From contig CAVXEP010000012.1 of NCBI GenBank assembly GCA_963760795.1, positions 128,001 through 192,000 on the forward strand: 64,000 nt of DNA. Reading direction: 5' to 3'. This document shows, piece after piece, positions 21,589-32,075 of the stretch (the first letter of the stretch is position 1; the number at the start of each line of letters is the position of its first letter). The notes under the pieces were generated by a model. That model was not told the DNA's origin. It was given only the letters and a program-made list of their open reading frames with translations, and did no database searches. The translations under genes and the position numbers were made by a program. The stretch is from an uncultured delta proteobacterium. Lineage in GTDB: Bacteria; Desulfobacterota; Binatia; UBA9968.

Positions 21589-21613
21589 CCGTTTAATTGA
21601 TACGATTAAACGG
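21589..21613. promoter_or_regulatory. Inverted repeat (operator-like) upstream of the SIP gene
   Basis: CCGTTTAAT-TGATACG-ATTAAACGG, downstream of TTGACA at 21563. Confidence 0.55.
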
Positions 21614-21639
21614 TTTCCACTCTATCGGAAGGAGCTTGG

Positions 21640-22467
21640 ATGAACCAACCAGAACCCCAAAAAGTCCGTCGAGTTCGCCAGAGGCCGCGCATAGTCGAAG
21701 TCGTGCACGTTGAACGCCTTACACCGCATATGACCCGCGTGGTTTTTGCCGGAGAGGAATTGGAAGGCTTTGCGACCCGAGGCCCGGCGGAGCACTTGAA
21801 AGTAAACTTCCCAGCTCCAGGTGAACCGACGGTGGTGCTCCCGGAATGGGGACCCGAAGGGCCGATCCTTCACGAGGGGCAGCAACGACCTTTGAACCGC
21901 ACCTACACACCGCGACGATGGGACGAGAAAGCGAGGGAATTAACCGTTGATTTCCTACTCCATGGCGAAGGCCCGGGCACCACTTGGGCACAGCAAGCCA
22001 AACCGGGGCAGGTGGTGGCTGTGTCTCATCAGCCAGGAGGCGCGTACAAAGTAGATGCCACAGCGGACTGGTACTTTATCGGCGGCGACGCGGCGGCGCT
22101 GCCTGCGGTGGCGACGCTCCTCGAAGCGCTGCCTCCGACGTGTTTCGCCTATGCGTTCGTTGAGGTGGCGGACGATGCCGAAGAACTGCAGCTGAATTCG
22201 CCGGCACAGTTACAACTAACGTGGCTGCACCACAGCGGGGCGACCCAACCGGTCGGGCGGAGTCTGGAGCAGGCGGTGCGAGAATTTCCATTCCCGGATG
22301 GCAACGGCCGGGTCTGGATCGGCTGCGAAGCCGGCATCATGCGGAACATCCGCCGCCATCTGTTGAACGAGCGTGACATGGACCGGTCTAATATCCACAC
22401 CCAAGGTTACTGGAAGTACGGCGCGGTGAATCACCCCGACAACGACCGAGGAAAGGACTTGGACTAG
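21640..22467 (+). CDS. Siderophore-interacting ferric reductase (ViuB/YqjH family)
   Basis: LTPHMTRV, RTYTPR, VDFLLHG-GPG, DAAALPA, GYWKYG. Confidence 0.93.
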   Translation: MNQPEPQKVRRVRQRPRIVEVVHVERLTPHMTRVVFAGEELEGFATRGPAEHLKVNFPAPGEPTVVLPEWGPEGPILHEGQQRPLNRTYTPRRWDEKARELTVDFLLHGEGPGTTWAQQAKPGQVVAVSHQPGGAYKVDATADWYFIGGDAAALPAVATLLEALPPTCFAYAFVEVADDAEELQLNSPAQLQLTWLHHSGATQPVGRSLEQAVREFPFPDGNGRVWIGCEAGIMRNIRRHLLNERDMDRSNIHTQGYWKYGAVNHPDNDRGKDLD

Positions 22468-22612
22468 AGAGTTATTGTCAAGCTAGAGGTTTAGTTGACG
22501 GACTATCGGGACTCGCGCTCTGTACAGCGACCGCCGTCGTCCATTGGCATATCGCCCGGCCTGGGCGAGAACGACCTACAGGAAAAGTAAAGATCAGCTA
22601 AATTTCCCGGAC

Positions 22613-23091
22613 CTAGCTCTTCTTGTATATCTGTTGCGCGAGGTAATTTTGGTATCCGACTTCTTCAATCTCATGCAGCTGGGTTTCGATCCAGTCGACA
22701 TGCGCTTTCTTCATCAACGAGAATATGCTCCAAAAGCTCCCGGCTGGCGTTGTCACTCGCGTCGAAGCAGCTCTTGATGCCGCCTTTTAAAACTGCCAGT
22801 GCGCCCTCTTCCAATCCAAGATCATTTGCCAATTGCTGTTTCACCGATCGCTCCGACGCTGATTTTGTCATAAGCGGTGAGATTGGGAATCCCTTCGAGG
22901 AAAAGAATCCGTTCGATAATTTGATCGGCGTGCTTCATCTCTTCAATGGATTCTTTCCACGCCACCCCTGCCAGCACCTCGTAGCCCCAGTTTTTGCACA
23001 TCTTGGAGTGAATAAAATACTGATTGACGCCGGTAAGCTCTTTGCGCAGCACTTCGTTAAGAACCTTGATGACTTCAGGACTTCCTTTCAT
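22613..23091 (-). CDS. bfr: Bacterioferritin, two frameshifts
   Basis: MKGSPEVI..ELTGVNQYFIH..ESIEEMKHAD..ERILFLEGIPN; tail HVDWIETQL..GYQNYLAQQI. Confidence 0.9.
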
Positions 23092-23372
23092 ACCTTACCT
23101 CCGTACGGTTTATCTAAGCATGTACTTCGGCAAAGAACAAAGCGGATTATAGACTTTTGCTGAATTTTTCCAGCCGCCGATTCTCATCGGACGTCCTCTC
23201 TGTCATTCTCAATAGGACCATAGTCCACTTTGATCAATTGCCCGTGAACACTTTCGCCATCAGAAAACTAAAGACACCGGTGTTTCCCATAGTTGAAGTT
23301 TTTTGCAGCCCACATTTTCAACAATGACAATTTATCTTTGGTCCAGCCTCGATAAACCAAGCCAATCGGACG

Positions 23373-23388
23373 CGGCACGCTAAGTGCT
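23373..23388 (+). promoter_or_regulatory. sigma54 promoter for the ferritin-like gene
   Basis: CGGCACGCTAAGTGCT (GG-N10-GC); predicted +1 near 23399. Confidence 0.55.
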
Positions 23389-23403
23389 TCTTCAGCTAAA
23401 CAA

Positions 23404-23536
23404 AGAGGCCAGCGGTCACGAACCCAGAGCCCAGCGTTTTGCCTTAGCGGCAAAACCCGGGCTCTCGGATTTGCTTACGATGAGATGCCAGCGCAAAAGA
23501 ATAATGATATGGTGTTTGTCCATCCGTAAACAAATC
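23404..23536 (+). promoter_or_regulatory. Leader element copy B plus a second long stem ending just before the RBS
   Basis: 24/29 identity to 13045-13073; stem AGAGCCC..TTTTGCC/GGCAAAA..GGGCTCT; then GATTTGCTTACGATG/CATCCGTAAACAAATC. Confidence 0.65.
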
Positions 23537-23554
23537 AATCAGGAGGAGAATATT

Positions 23555-24055
23555 ATGGGCACTAAAGGAAGAGAAATTGTCGGCATGGACGTAGAACAAC
23601 TGTTGAAGACACTCAACATGGCTTTCGCCGACGAGTGGTTGGCTTATTATCAATACTGGCTCGGCGCCAAAGTCGTGAAGGGGCCGATGAAAGAAGCGGT
23701 GATCGCCGAACTTTTGCAACATGCGGCGGACGAGCTTCGTCATGCCGGCCTGATCGCGGGCAGGATTATTCAGCTCGGCGGCACGCCGGTGGCCGAGCCG
23801 AAAAAATGGTACGACGTGACCAGTTGCGGTTACGACGCGCCCGATGACCCGTTCGTCGAGACTATCCTGAACCAAAACATCAAGGGCGAGCGCTGCGCCA
23901 TCGACTTTTACAAGAAGCTGTTAGAGGCGACGCAGGGCAAAGATCCGGTCACTTACAATATCGTATTGCAGATTCTCCAGGACGAAGTGGCGCACGAGGA
24001 AGACCTCCAATCGCTCGCTGAGGACCTGGACTTCATGTTGAAGAAATCACAATAG
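23555..24055 (+). CDS. Ferritin-like (DPS-like) protein
   Basis: AGGAGG RBS; ADEWLAYYQYW, DELRHA, GERCAI, DEVAHE. Confidence 0.9.
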   Translation: MGTKGREIVGMDVEQLLKTLNMAFADEWLAYYQYWLGAKVVKGPMKEAVIAELLQHAADELRHAGLIAGRIIQLGGTPVAEPKKWYDVTSCGYDAPDDPFVETILNQNIKGERCAIDFYKKLLEATQGKDPVTYNIVLQILQDEVAHEEDLQSLAEDLDFMLKKSQ

Positions 24056-24225
24056 CTATTACGCACCGCCGTGCGCGCAGCCTCACTTACGACTTTCGCA
24101 GCGATGGTCCCGCTTACGGCGAAGGCATTGCTATGGTGTCGGGTCTGCCGACAGTACAAGCAGCCTGAAATCTTACGGCTCGGACGAATGGGAGACGGGC
24201 GGCCATTGTATCAGATCCTGAGATC

Positions 24226-24998
24226 TCACATCTTGAACAGGGCTCGGACGTTGCGGGTCGTCACGTCGCCAACGATTTCCAAAGGAGTCGACTTGATCCT
24301 GGCGATCGTCTCCGCTACCAGGCAGACATAGGCCGGCTCATTGCGCTTTGCCGCGGTGGGGAACCGGAGTGAGATAGGGTGAATCGGTTTCGACGGAGCA
24401 TTCTCTCCAGCGGCACTTTGCGCACCACTTCGCGCAGCGGCTCGGCATTTTTAAAAGTAATGATGCCGGTGAAGGAAAGATAAAACCCCAGGTCAAGATA
24501 AGCACAGGCAGCTTGGTAATTACCTGTGAAGCAATGAATCACGCCGCGCAACTCTCCGCCGCCTTCGCTGCGCAGTAATTCGACGGCCTCCTGCGCCGCG
24601 TCGCGCTCATGGACGACGATCGGCAGTTTCGTCTGGCGCGCCATCTGGATGAATTGGCCGAATACGCGCCGTTGCACGTCGTGGGGCGAATGGCTGTAAT
24701 AGTAATCCAAGCCGGTTTCGCCGATGGCGACGACTTTGGGATCTTCGGCGAGTTGTTTTAGAACTGCCAACTCATCGGCGCCGACGTCCTTGGCGTCGTG
24801 GGGATGCATGCCGACAGTGGCGTAGACGTTGGCAAATGAATTAGCCAGCCGCACCGCTTCAGTGTTGCTCGACATATCGCCGGCGCCGCCCACCGCGACA
24901 ATCATCTCGACCCCGGCCGCGTGCGCCCGGGCGATCACGGCTTCCGTCTCGCCGGCGTATTCCTTGCCCTGGATATGGGCGTGGCTGTCGATCAGCAT
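24226..24998 (-). CDS. tatD: TatD-family nuclease, frameshifted near C-terminus
   Basis: IDSHAH, GMHPH, AIGETGLDY, VIHCFTG; alternative frame RNEPAYV..RALFKM*. Confidence 0.92.
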
Positions 24999-25012
24999 GG
25001 TTTGCGAAGCTG

Positions 25013-26548
25013 CTATTTCTTCTTGGCGTCGGTTTCGATGCGCGGAAACAAGACTTTCGGCGCGTTGATCCGATGTCCGGCCACGAAGCCCTCGCCCCAA
25101 GGTTTGGTCAAAGCAGCGGGCTCAAGCGCCAACAAGGCGCGCAACTCACCCACCGTGTCCGGCAAGAATGGCGCCAACAGCCGCGCCAGAGTACGCACCA
25201 CTTCGAGCAACTGATGCAGCACCGCACCGACGCGCGCTTGCTTGTCGGCATCCTTGATCATCGTGAACGGGGCCATCTGGACGATATAGCGGTTGACGTG
25301 GTCGAGAGCGGCCATGACCGACTCCAAGGCGCGATGGAACTGCAAGTCGTTCATGTAGCCATCGATGTCTTTCTCGGTTTGAGCGAACTTATCGCGCAGC
25401 TCGCGGTCTTCCACCGGCCAATCGGCGCCCAGCGGCTGGACGATACCGGCGAAATATTTTTGTTGCATGGCCAGCGCCCGGCTGACGAAGTTGCCGAGAT
25501 TGTTGGCGAGATCGGTATTATACCGGCTAACCAAACTCTCATGACGGAAGTCGGGATCCTGGCCGAAGACGCTTTCACGCAGCAAGAAATAGCGCAACGC
25601 ATCCATGCCGATCTCGGCTTTCACTTCCAGTGGTGCCACGGTATTGCCCAAGCTCTTCGACATTTTCTGGCCTTCGACGGTCCAAAAACCATGTACGTTC
25701 AGATGCTTGTACAGCGGCAACCCGGCCGCCATCAGCATGGTTGGCCAAAACACGCCGTGGGGTTTGACGATGTCCTTGCCGATAAAATGCTGCGCCGCCG
25801 GCCAGAATTTTTGAAAAGTTTCCTCGCCCTTGAACTTGAGCGCGCTCACATAGTTAAGCAAGGCGTCGAACCAGACGTAGGTAACGTAACGCTCGTCGAA
25901 GGGAATGCCGATCCCCCAACTGAGCCGGCTCTTGGGCCGGGAGATGCACAGGTCGCCGATCGGTTCGCGCAGCATGCCGAGCACTTCGTTGCGATAGCCT
26001 TCGGGGCGGATGAAATCCGGATGACTTTCGATATGCTCGCGCAGCCGGTCCTGATACTTTCCCATGCGGAAAAAATAATTTTCTTCCTCGATGAGCTTCA
26101 GTTCGATGAGATGGTCCGGACATTTGCCGTCGCGCAGCTCCTTTTCGGTGTAAAAGCGCTCGCAACCGACGCAATATAAGCCGCCGTACTTGCCGAAATA
26201 AATATCGCCGGCATCATAGACCCGCTGCAAGACCTCTTGCACAAAGCGCACATGATGCGCGTCGGTGGTACGAATGAAGTGGTCGTAGGTAATGCCGCAA
26301 TCGTCCCAGATACGGCGAAACGCCGCGCTGACGCGGTCGGTAAACTCTTTTTCCGGGAGCTTGGCCTCGGCCGCGACCTGGGCGATCTTGTCGCCATGCT
26401 CGTCGGTGCCGGTAAGATAAAACGTCTCGTCGCCTTTGGCCCGGTAGTAGCGCGCCAAAGTGTCCGTGATGACCATTGTGTACGTGCTGCCCAAGTGGGG
26501 TTCGGCATTCACGTAGAACAATGGCGTAGTGAGATAAACCGCACTCAT
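25013..26548 (-). CDS. metG: Methionyl-tRNA synthetase (short form)
   Basis: YVNAEPHLG, GTDEHG, YVWFDAL, KMSKS. Confidence 0.97.
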   Translation of the reverse strand: MSAVYLTTPLFYVNAEPHLGSTYTMVITDTLARYYRAKGDETFYLTGTDEHGDKIAQVAAEAKLPEKEFTDRVSAAFRRIWDDCGITYDHFIRTTDAHHVRFVQEVLQRVYDAGDIYFGKYGGLYCVGCERFYTEKELRDGKCPDHLIELKLIEEENYFFRMGKYQDRLREHIESHPDFIRPEGYRNEVLGMLREPIGDLCISRPKSRLSWGIGIPFDERYVTYVWFDALLNYVSALKFKGEETFQKFWPAAQHFIGKDIVKPHGVFWPTMLMAAGLPLYKHLNVHGFWTVEGQKMSKSLGNTVAPLEVKAEIGMDALRYFLLRESVFGQDPDFRHESLVSRYNTDLANNLGNFVSRALAMQQKYFAGIVQPLGADWPVEDRELRDKFAQTEKDIDGYMNDLQFHRALESVMAALDHVNRYIVQMAPFTMIKDADKQARVGAVLHQLLEVVRTLARLLAPFLPDTVGELRALLALEPAALTKPWGEGFVAGHRINAPKVLFPRIETDAKKK

Positions 26549-27536
26549 GACTGTCCCTTCACGACTCCAAACAAGTATTTCTCCAAAACCATGCGGCGAT
26601 TGAGATTGCGTTGGATCGCCGCCGCGGCCCGGCTGCTGGCGGACACAGCCGCGATTCGCTGCTCGCTCTGCGCCGGCGTAGCTTGCTGTTCGATTTGCCC
26701 GAGCATGTCTAAGTTGACCAGCTGGCTGCCATCGCCGGTAACGCCATAAACCAGCAGATCGCGATACCAGCTTTGTGCCCAGGAAAGAAACTTGAGCGCG
26801 TCGTCGCGGTTACCGGCCAACGCTTCGGCAGCCACGACGGCAGACTGATAATCGCCCGCCTTGAGCGCGCCGACCATGCCTGCCCAAACCCGCCGCTTCT
26901 CGACAAACGCTTCTTTGTCGAGACCCATGGCGGCGCCGATGCTGCCCATACTCATGGCGGCGACAAACTCAACATCGTCGCCGGTCATCCTCTGCTTCGT
27001 GCGCAAATACTGAGCGACCTCGCTACGCGCCAGCGGCGCAAAGGAAATCCGCAGACAACGCGAACGCACCGTCGGTAATAGCCCGCCGGCGCTCGCGGCG
27101 ATCAGAATAATCAGCGAGTCTTGCGGCGGTTCTTCGAGGGTCTTTAAGCAGCGCGTTCTGCGATGCCAGGTTCATCAACGTCGCCGGATCGACGATGACG
27201 ATTTTACGCTTACCCGTGAACGATCGATAATTGAGCTCGCGCTCGAACTCGCGCACCTGCTGGATCGAAATCTCCTTTTTGCCGGCCAGCGGCTCGATGA
27301 CGCGCACATCGGGATGATTGCCATCGGCGATTCTCGTACAATTGACACACTCGCCGCAAAAATCGCCGACGCCGGCGCCGCAATGCACCGCTTGCGCCAG
27401 GGCGGTTGCGAGCATGCGCTTGCCGATCCCCTCAGGCCCAACAAACAGATAGGCATGGTGCAACCGTCCGCTGGTCAAGGCCAGGCGCAGGGTCTCCAGT
27501 TGTCGACCGATGGCCGATGATTTCGTTAAAGCCCAT
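26545..27536 (-). CDS. holB: DNA polymerase III delta' subunit, frameshifted
   Basis: HAYLFVGPEGIGK, CGECVNC, NHPDV, QNALLK, RSRC; tmk-holB-metG-tatD synteny. Confidence 0.9.
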
Positions 27537-28178
27537 TATTCCAGCGCCTCGTCGATGATTTTGCGAATTGCCAACGAAACCTCGGCCGCTGGCTGTGCCG
27601 CGTCAATCACGCGAAATCGTCCTGGCTCTTGCCGCGCCAGGTCAAGAAACCCGGCGCGGACCTTTTCATGGAACTCCATTTTCTCGCGCTCGAAGCGATC
27701 TTCCTTCGGTGTGTCGACTTGGGACTGCGCCTGGCGGCTCGCGGTGCGGTTCAAGCCAACTTCAATCGGACAATCGAGCAGCAAAGTGAGATCCGGACGC
27801 GTACCGTCGTCAGCGACGCTATTGAACTGGCGCAGCAAGCTTAGGTCCAAACCGCGTCCGTAGCCCTGATAAGCCAGAGTCGAGTCGGTGAAACGGTCGC
27901 ACAGCACGATCTTGCCGGCGGCCACCGCCGGGCAAATTACTTCGCTGACATGCTGCGCCCGGTCCGCCAAGTAAAGAAACAGCTCACTCGAAGGCGCAAT
28001 CGGTTGCCCCGCCGGCTTCCAAGAGCACTCGGCGGAGCATCGCTCCAAGTTCAGTCCCGCCCGGCTCCCGGGTAACCAAACAGGCTTTGCCGTGGGAACT
28101 CAAGTAGCTCTCCAGGGCTTTGATCTGGGTAGTTTTACCGCTGCCGTCGCCGCCTTCGAAGGTGACAAAACGAACCAT
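27536..28178 (-). CDS. tmk: Thymidylate kinase, frameshifted
   Basis: FEGGDGSGKTTQ, TREPGGT, CDRFTDSTLAYQGYGRG. Confidence 0.93.
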
Positions 28179-28266
28179 GGACTAGGAGAATGAAGAAAAC
28201 CCAGACAAGATGCAAATCGCGCTCTTGGCTGGGCCGGGAACCGGGGTAAATAACCTGAACTGCGAA

Positions 28267-28656
28267 TTAACTAGCGGCTTTGCCTTCGCCGAGCAGCAAA
28301 TTGATGCCGTTGACCAGCTGTGTGCTGGTGAAGGGTTTGGTGATGTAATAGTCCGCCCCCAACTTGTAGCCACCGAGCACATCTTCGTACTGCACCTTGG
28401 CGGTTAGGAGAATTACGGGAATCGTCGAGGTTTCAGTCTTGCCCTTGAGCCGGGTGAGCACTTCGAGACCGTCCATTTCCGGCATCATGATGTCGAGAAT
28501 GATCAGATCGGCCTTTTGAGTCGGTAGCAGGTTGAGCAACTCGGGGCCGCTGGAGGCACTAAAGACGGTAAAACCCCTGCCCTCCAAAATGGTTTTGACG
28601 ATCGTTATGATATCGGGGTTATCGTCAACCACCATTATGGTCTTTTTGGTATCCAT
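28267..28656 (-). CDS. Single-domain response regulator (CheY-like)
   Basis: VVDD, LDIMMPEMDG, LTA, KPF. Confidence 0.92.
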   Translation of the reverse strand: MDTKKTIMVVDDNPDIITIVKTILEGRGFTVFSASSGPELLNLLPTQKADLIILDIMMPEMDGLEVLTRLKGKTETSTIPVILLTAKVQYEDVLGGYKLGADYYITKPFTSTQLVNGINLLLGEGKAAS

Positions 28657-28847
28657 GCGCTCTCCCTCTTACACCGCTACCGTAAACTCAGACTTGGTAT
28701 TTTACATGATCAGGCTGGGAATTGTCAGAAAAACTTCTAGCTCCCTGAAAGCTCGTTCCATGGGCCAGTCAATTGCTCCCAAACCATTGTAGAATCGTTA
28801 TTTAGCATCTTGCAGCGGGTAATGTAAATTAAACCTTCGGGGCTTTT

Positions 28848-30010
28848 TCACGGGCTCTCCGAGCGCCAATAATCCTGCTTAATCGAAACCGGCAAGCTGG
28901 CGTGGAGCGCAGCAAACTCGCTGCTAGGAATCAAGCCACTAACGCGGTTTTGCGCCAAGCGACTATAAGACGCCCGGAAACTCCCCTGAATGTCCAGAGC
29001 TAAAGCTCCAAGGCCCGGGGTGCCTGTCTCATTGATCATAACCGATCCAAAAATATTCGTCGTGCTCGACGCTCCAGCCTTCAGACTAACCTCGCTGCCG
29101 GTAACGAGAATCAAGCCTTCCCAGCGCATCGCCGCGCTCAATATCAAATCGGCATTTCTGACGATGAGAATACCGGCGCCTGCGGAATCGCCAGCTAGCA
29201 TCACGGCATCCCCGGCGCCAGAAATTCCTTCGATACAGCGCAGTTGCGGCGTCATTGGCGTTCCCCAAATCTGGTTTGCCAGAGTCAGCGCACCCGTAAC
29301 CGGTATCGACAGCGTTACTGCTCCCGGAGCGGCACAAAGACTGTCGGCCAGTTGACTGAGTGCGGCAGAGCTAAGATGACTACTCGGCGCAGCGGCCGGC
29401 CCGCCCGCAGCGCTTTGCCAGCTACCAGCCGGTAAACTCGCCGTCTGCGCGCCGACCAGATCGCTCAGCGACTGGGAATCGGTTGAAACTGCCAGATGAC
29501 CCGTCGCAGCGCCATTCGGCTGGCCGGTCGCCGGATCATGATCGATGCCGGAAATGGCGATGCCCGAGCCGGCCAAATGAACCGCCTGAATATTGCCGCG
29601 CAGCCCGAGCGCGCCATCGGCAAGGTCATAGATCTTGCTCAATCGGGCTTGCAACATGTGAGAATCACGGCCGAGAATCCCTAAAGATCGCACGACAAAC
29701 TGCGCCGACAGCGGTCCAAGGCTGAGCGCCGATACGAAGGATACTGAGAACCTGCCATTGTTGAAATTTACCGACCGGTCCGCTGGCGCCTGCGAGAGTC
29801 CTGGGGATGACAATAGTTCACTCTTGCCCCATTCGATGCCGGATGCGGCGAGATAAAAAGTCTGTGAGCCAGCGCGCAGATTGGCCGACGTGCGGTGATC
29901 GTTTTGCAGCATTACACGTGCGGCGACGCCGGCGATCGCGAGCGCCGAGAGAATCACCAACGTGCCAGCCAGGACAATACCGCGCTGGTTTTGTATCAAA
30001 TCGCCCAACC
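28848..30010 (-). CDS. PilX-like minor pilin (start approximate)
   Basis: QRG/IVLAGTLVIL class III signal, TFYLAASGIE. Confidence 0.7.
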
Positions 30011-30025
30011 TTTCACTGAGACCGT

Positions 30026-30673
30026 CTAATTGCGAAACTCGACGCTGCTCGACAATTGCGAAGTCAGCGTACCGCCGACTCGCGGGTCCGGGTTCGTCAC
30101 CCGAAGCGCGAAGGCAATGCGCACACGGCGAATCGCCGTGCGGTCCGGTGTCGCACCGAGCTGATTGCCGGCGCCATCGTAATAAGTGAACAACGCCCCG
30201 GGATCCGTCACGGCATTGGCCACCAGGCAGTCGCCGTTGCGCCGAATGATCTTCGGACCGGAACAACTGGAAGTCGGACCGGTTAGTTCGTAGCGGAGGT
30301 TTTCTCGCGGTTCAAGATCCGTACAGTTGCCGTTGCCGTTAAGATCCATTTGCACGTGGATGATGGTGGCCGTCGCCCGGTAGACGCGGTTGCACACAGA
30401 GTCGGCATCGCCGTCGGGATCGTCCGCGCCGGCGCTTTCCGCCGGAGCGCTGCCGGTGCCCCAGGAACCGGCGTTTTTCAAGTCGCGAATCATGATGTCC
30501 AACGCTCCGCGGGCATCCTCCATCGTCGTAATCCTGGTCTCAAGCGCGCGCAAATGAAAAGCCTCCGAGCGGAAATAGCCAAATAATCCGGTCATCATCA
30601 CACCGCCCAATCCTAAGGCGATCAATTGTTCGATCAACGTCACGCCGCGTTGGTTACGCATTGGCGCCATCAC
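30026..30673 (-). CDS. PilW-like prepilin
   Basis: QRG/VTLIEQLIAL, RDLKNAG. Confidence 0.75.
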   Translation of the reverse strand: MMAPMRNQRGVTLIEQLIALGLGGVMMTGLFGYFRSEAFHLRALETRITTMEDARGALDIMIRDLKNAGSWGTGSAPAESAGADDPDGDADSVCNRVYRATATIIHVQMDLNGNGNCTDLEPRENLRYELTGPTSSCSGPKIIRRNGDCLVANAVTDPGALFTYYDGAGNQLGATPDRTAIRRVRIAFALRVTNPDPRVGGTLTSQLSSSVEFRN

Positions 30674-31083
30674 GATCCCGCGAACAGCAACGCCGAGAGC
30701 GTCACTTCACCAGATTGGAAATCGCGCCATGTCACCGTGACATCGAGTTGCTTGAGATCGGCTCCTAGCAATGAAGGCTGAACGCGCCAGCAACGATCGA
30801 AACGCCCTCCCGTGCCGCCGCTGGCGGACAGCCCAAGATCCCCAGCGCCGGGACAGCGATTTTCATCGGCGGGATTGCGTCGGGCTTGTAGCTCTTCAAG
30901 TTTATCCTGGGCCAGTTGCAATGCGATAGTCGCGTTGCCGTTGACCGTCTGTTGGCGAAACATCGACGCGCTGTTCAACGAATAACTCATCACGGCGACC
31001 ATACAGAGGGACATGGCCGCTAACAGTTCGTTGAAGGTGAAGCCACGCTGGTCGCGTGTCGAACGCCAAAGCAAAGGGGCCAA
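30670..31083 (-). CDS. PilV-like prepilin (start approximate)
   Basis: QRG/FTFNELL, LAQDKLEEL, VTVTW. Confidence 0.75.
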   Translation of the reverse strand: MAPLLWRSTRDQRGFTFNELLAAMSLCMVAVMSYSLNSASMFRQQTVNGNATIALQLAQDKLEELQARRNPADENRCPGAGDLGLSASGGTGGRFDRCWRVQPSLLGADLKQLDVTVTWRDFQSGEVTLSALLFAGS

Positions 31084-31084
31084 C

Positions 31085-31534
31085 TCAGCAATCCTCCGCG
31101 CAACTATTTGGCGTGCATGAGCGCACCCGACCGGTGGCGCTGACGACGATTTGCCGGCACGCGCCTTGCCCATCATCGAGTAAACGCAAGCGGTTCGCCG
31201 CCGCCGTGCCGCGCGGCGAGAAGGTCACCGTTCCCGCTTTGGCGATCGTCGTGCCCTCAGCCAACGGCTTGGTAACCATGGCTATGCTATCGCGCTGAAT
31301 CGTGTAGTTCCTCGCACCGGCGGCGTAGACCAACTGAAAACTGACGTTTTCCGCTGCCGCGCGCGACTTGAGGTTGTGCAGCTCGGATTGAACCTGACGA
31401 GCCGAGTTGTTGAGATGGTAGCTCTTTAGGAAGCGGTTCCAGTTGGGCAGCGCAATCGCTGCCATCGCCCCGGTCAAAGCCACTACCACCACCAACTCGA
31501 TTGTCGAGAAGCCGTAAACATCGATGACACGCAT
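31085..31534 (-). CDS. FimT/GspH-like prepilin
   Basis: G/FSTIELVVV, TFSPRG, IVVSATGRVR. Confidence 0.8.
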   Translation of the reverse strand: MRVIDVYGFSTIELVVVVALTGAMAAIALPNWNRFLKSYHLNNSARQVQSELHNLKSRAAAENVSFQLVYAAGARNYTIQRDSIAMVTKPLAEGTTIAKAGTVTFSPRGTAAANRLRLLDDGQGACRQIVVSATGRVRSCTPNSCAEDC

Positions 31535-32075
31535 GGTCCCTCCAAAAGCTGGCGGACCATATGGGTCTCAGATCAATCTGTCAAGACCCCGCCAAATCGC
31601 ATCCAGCAAGACCCTGGTTTCATGAGTTGTTTGGTTTCGCCTTAGCTGCGGCGCAAACTTGCACCCATTTGAAATCAACGGCGTCGCACGCTGTGTTCCC
31701 TAGTAGTGCCAGCGGGATTGCTGGAAGCTCTAATCGGCAAGGCCGCCATCGGCGATATCGAATGGAACCGAGGTGGGCGTCAATTTAAAGGGATCTACTG
31801 GACCGTGCCGATGAAGTACGAGTTGCAAGTGCCAGGCTCGGTCGTACCGATGACTATTCTAGGGAACGCGAATCGCATCGATCAGCGAGTTATGGCGGTC
31901 GTTTGTTCTAACAATTATGCATCGGTCGGTCTTAGATGCAGCTCGCCATCTTTCGAATTCGTATGCGCCTCGTGTGCCGGCGGACGACAATCAACCCCAT
32001 GACACAAGGTTTACCCGAGGCAGTGCAACAAGCCGGAATTACGCAGCCAGCCGCGAACCGAGCTGCTTAACGAAG

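Noticed and set aside
22478-22500. GTCAAGCTA..TAGTTGAC hairpin as an IS200/IS605 end
   Set aside because: No tnpA/tnpB or second end; it sits between convergent genes and fits a simple terminator hairpin
25073-26179. 368-aa plus-strand ORF
   Set aside because: Antisense shadow of metG with no recognisable motifs
236-28178. Programmed frameshifting or pseudogenes in glsA, exbB, bfr, tatD, holB and tmk
   Set aside because: Single-base indels also hit essential genes and often fall in short homopolymers, so consensus error is more likely
31706-32002. 98-aa ORF divergent from the pilin genes
   Set aside because: No recognisable motif or clear RBS, so it cannot be supported
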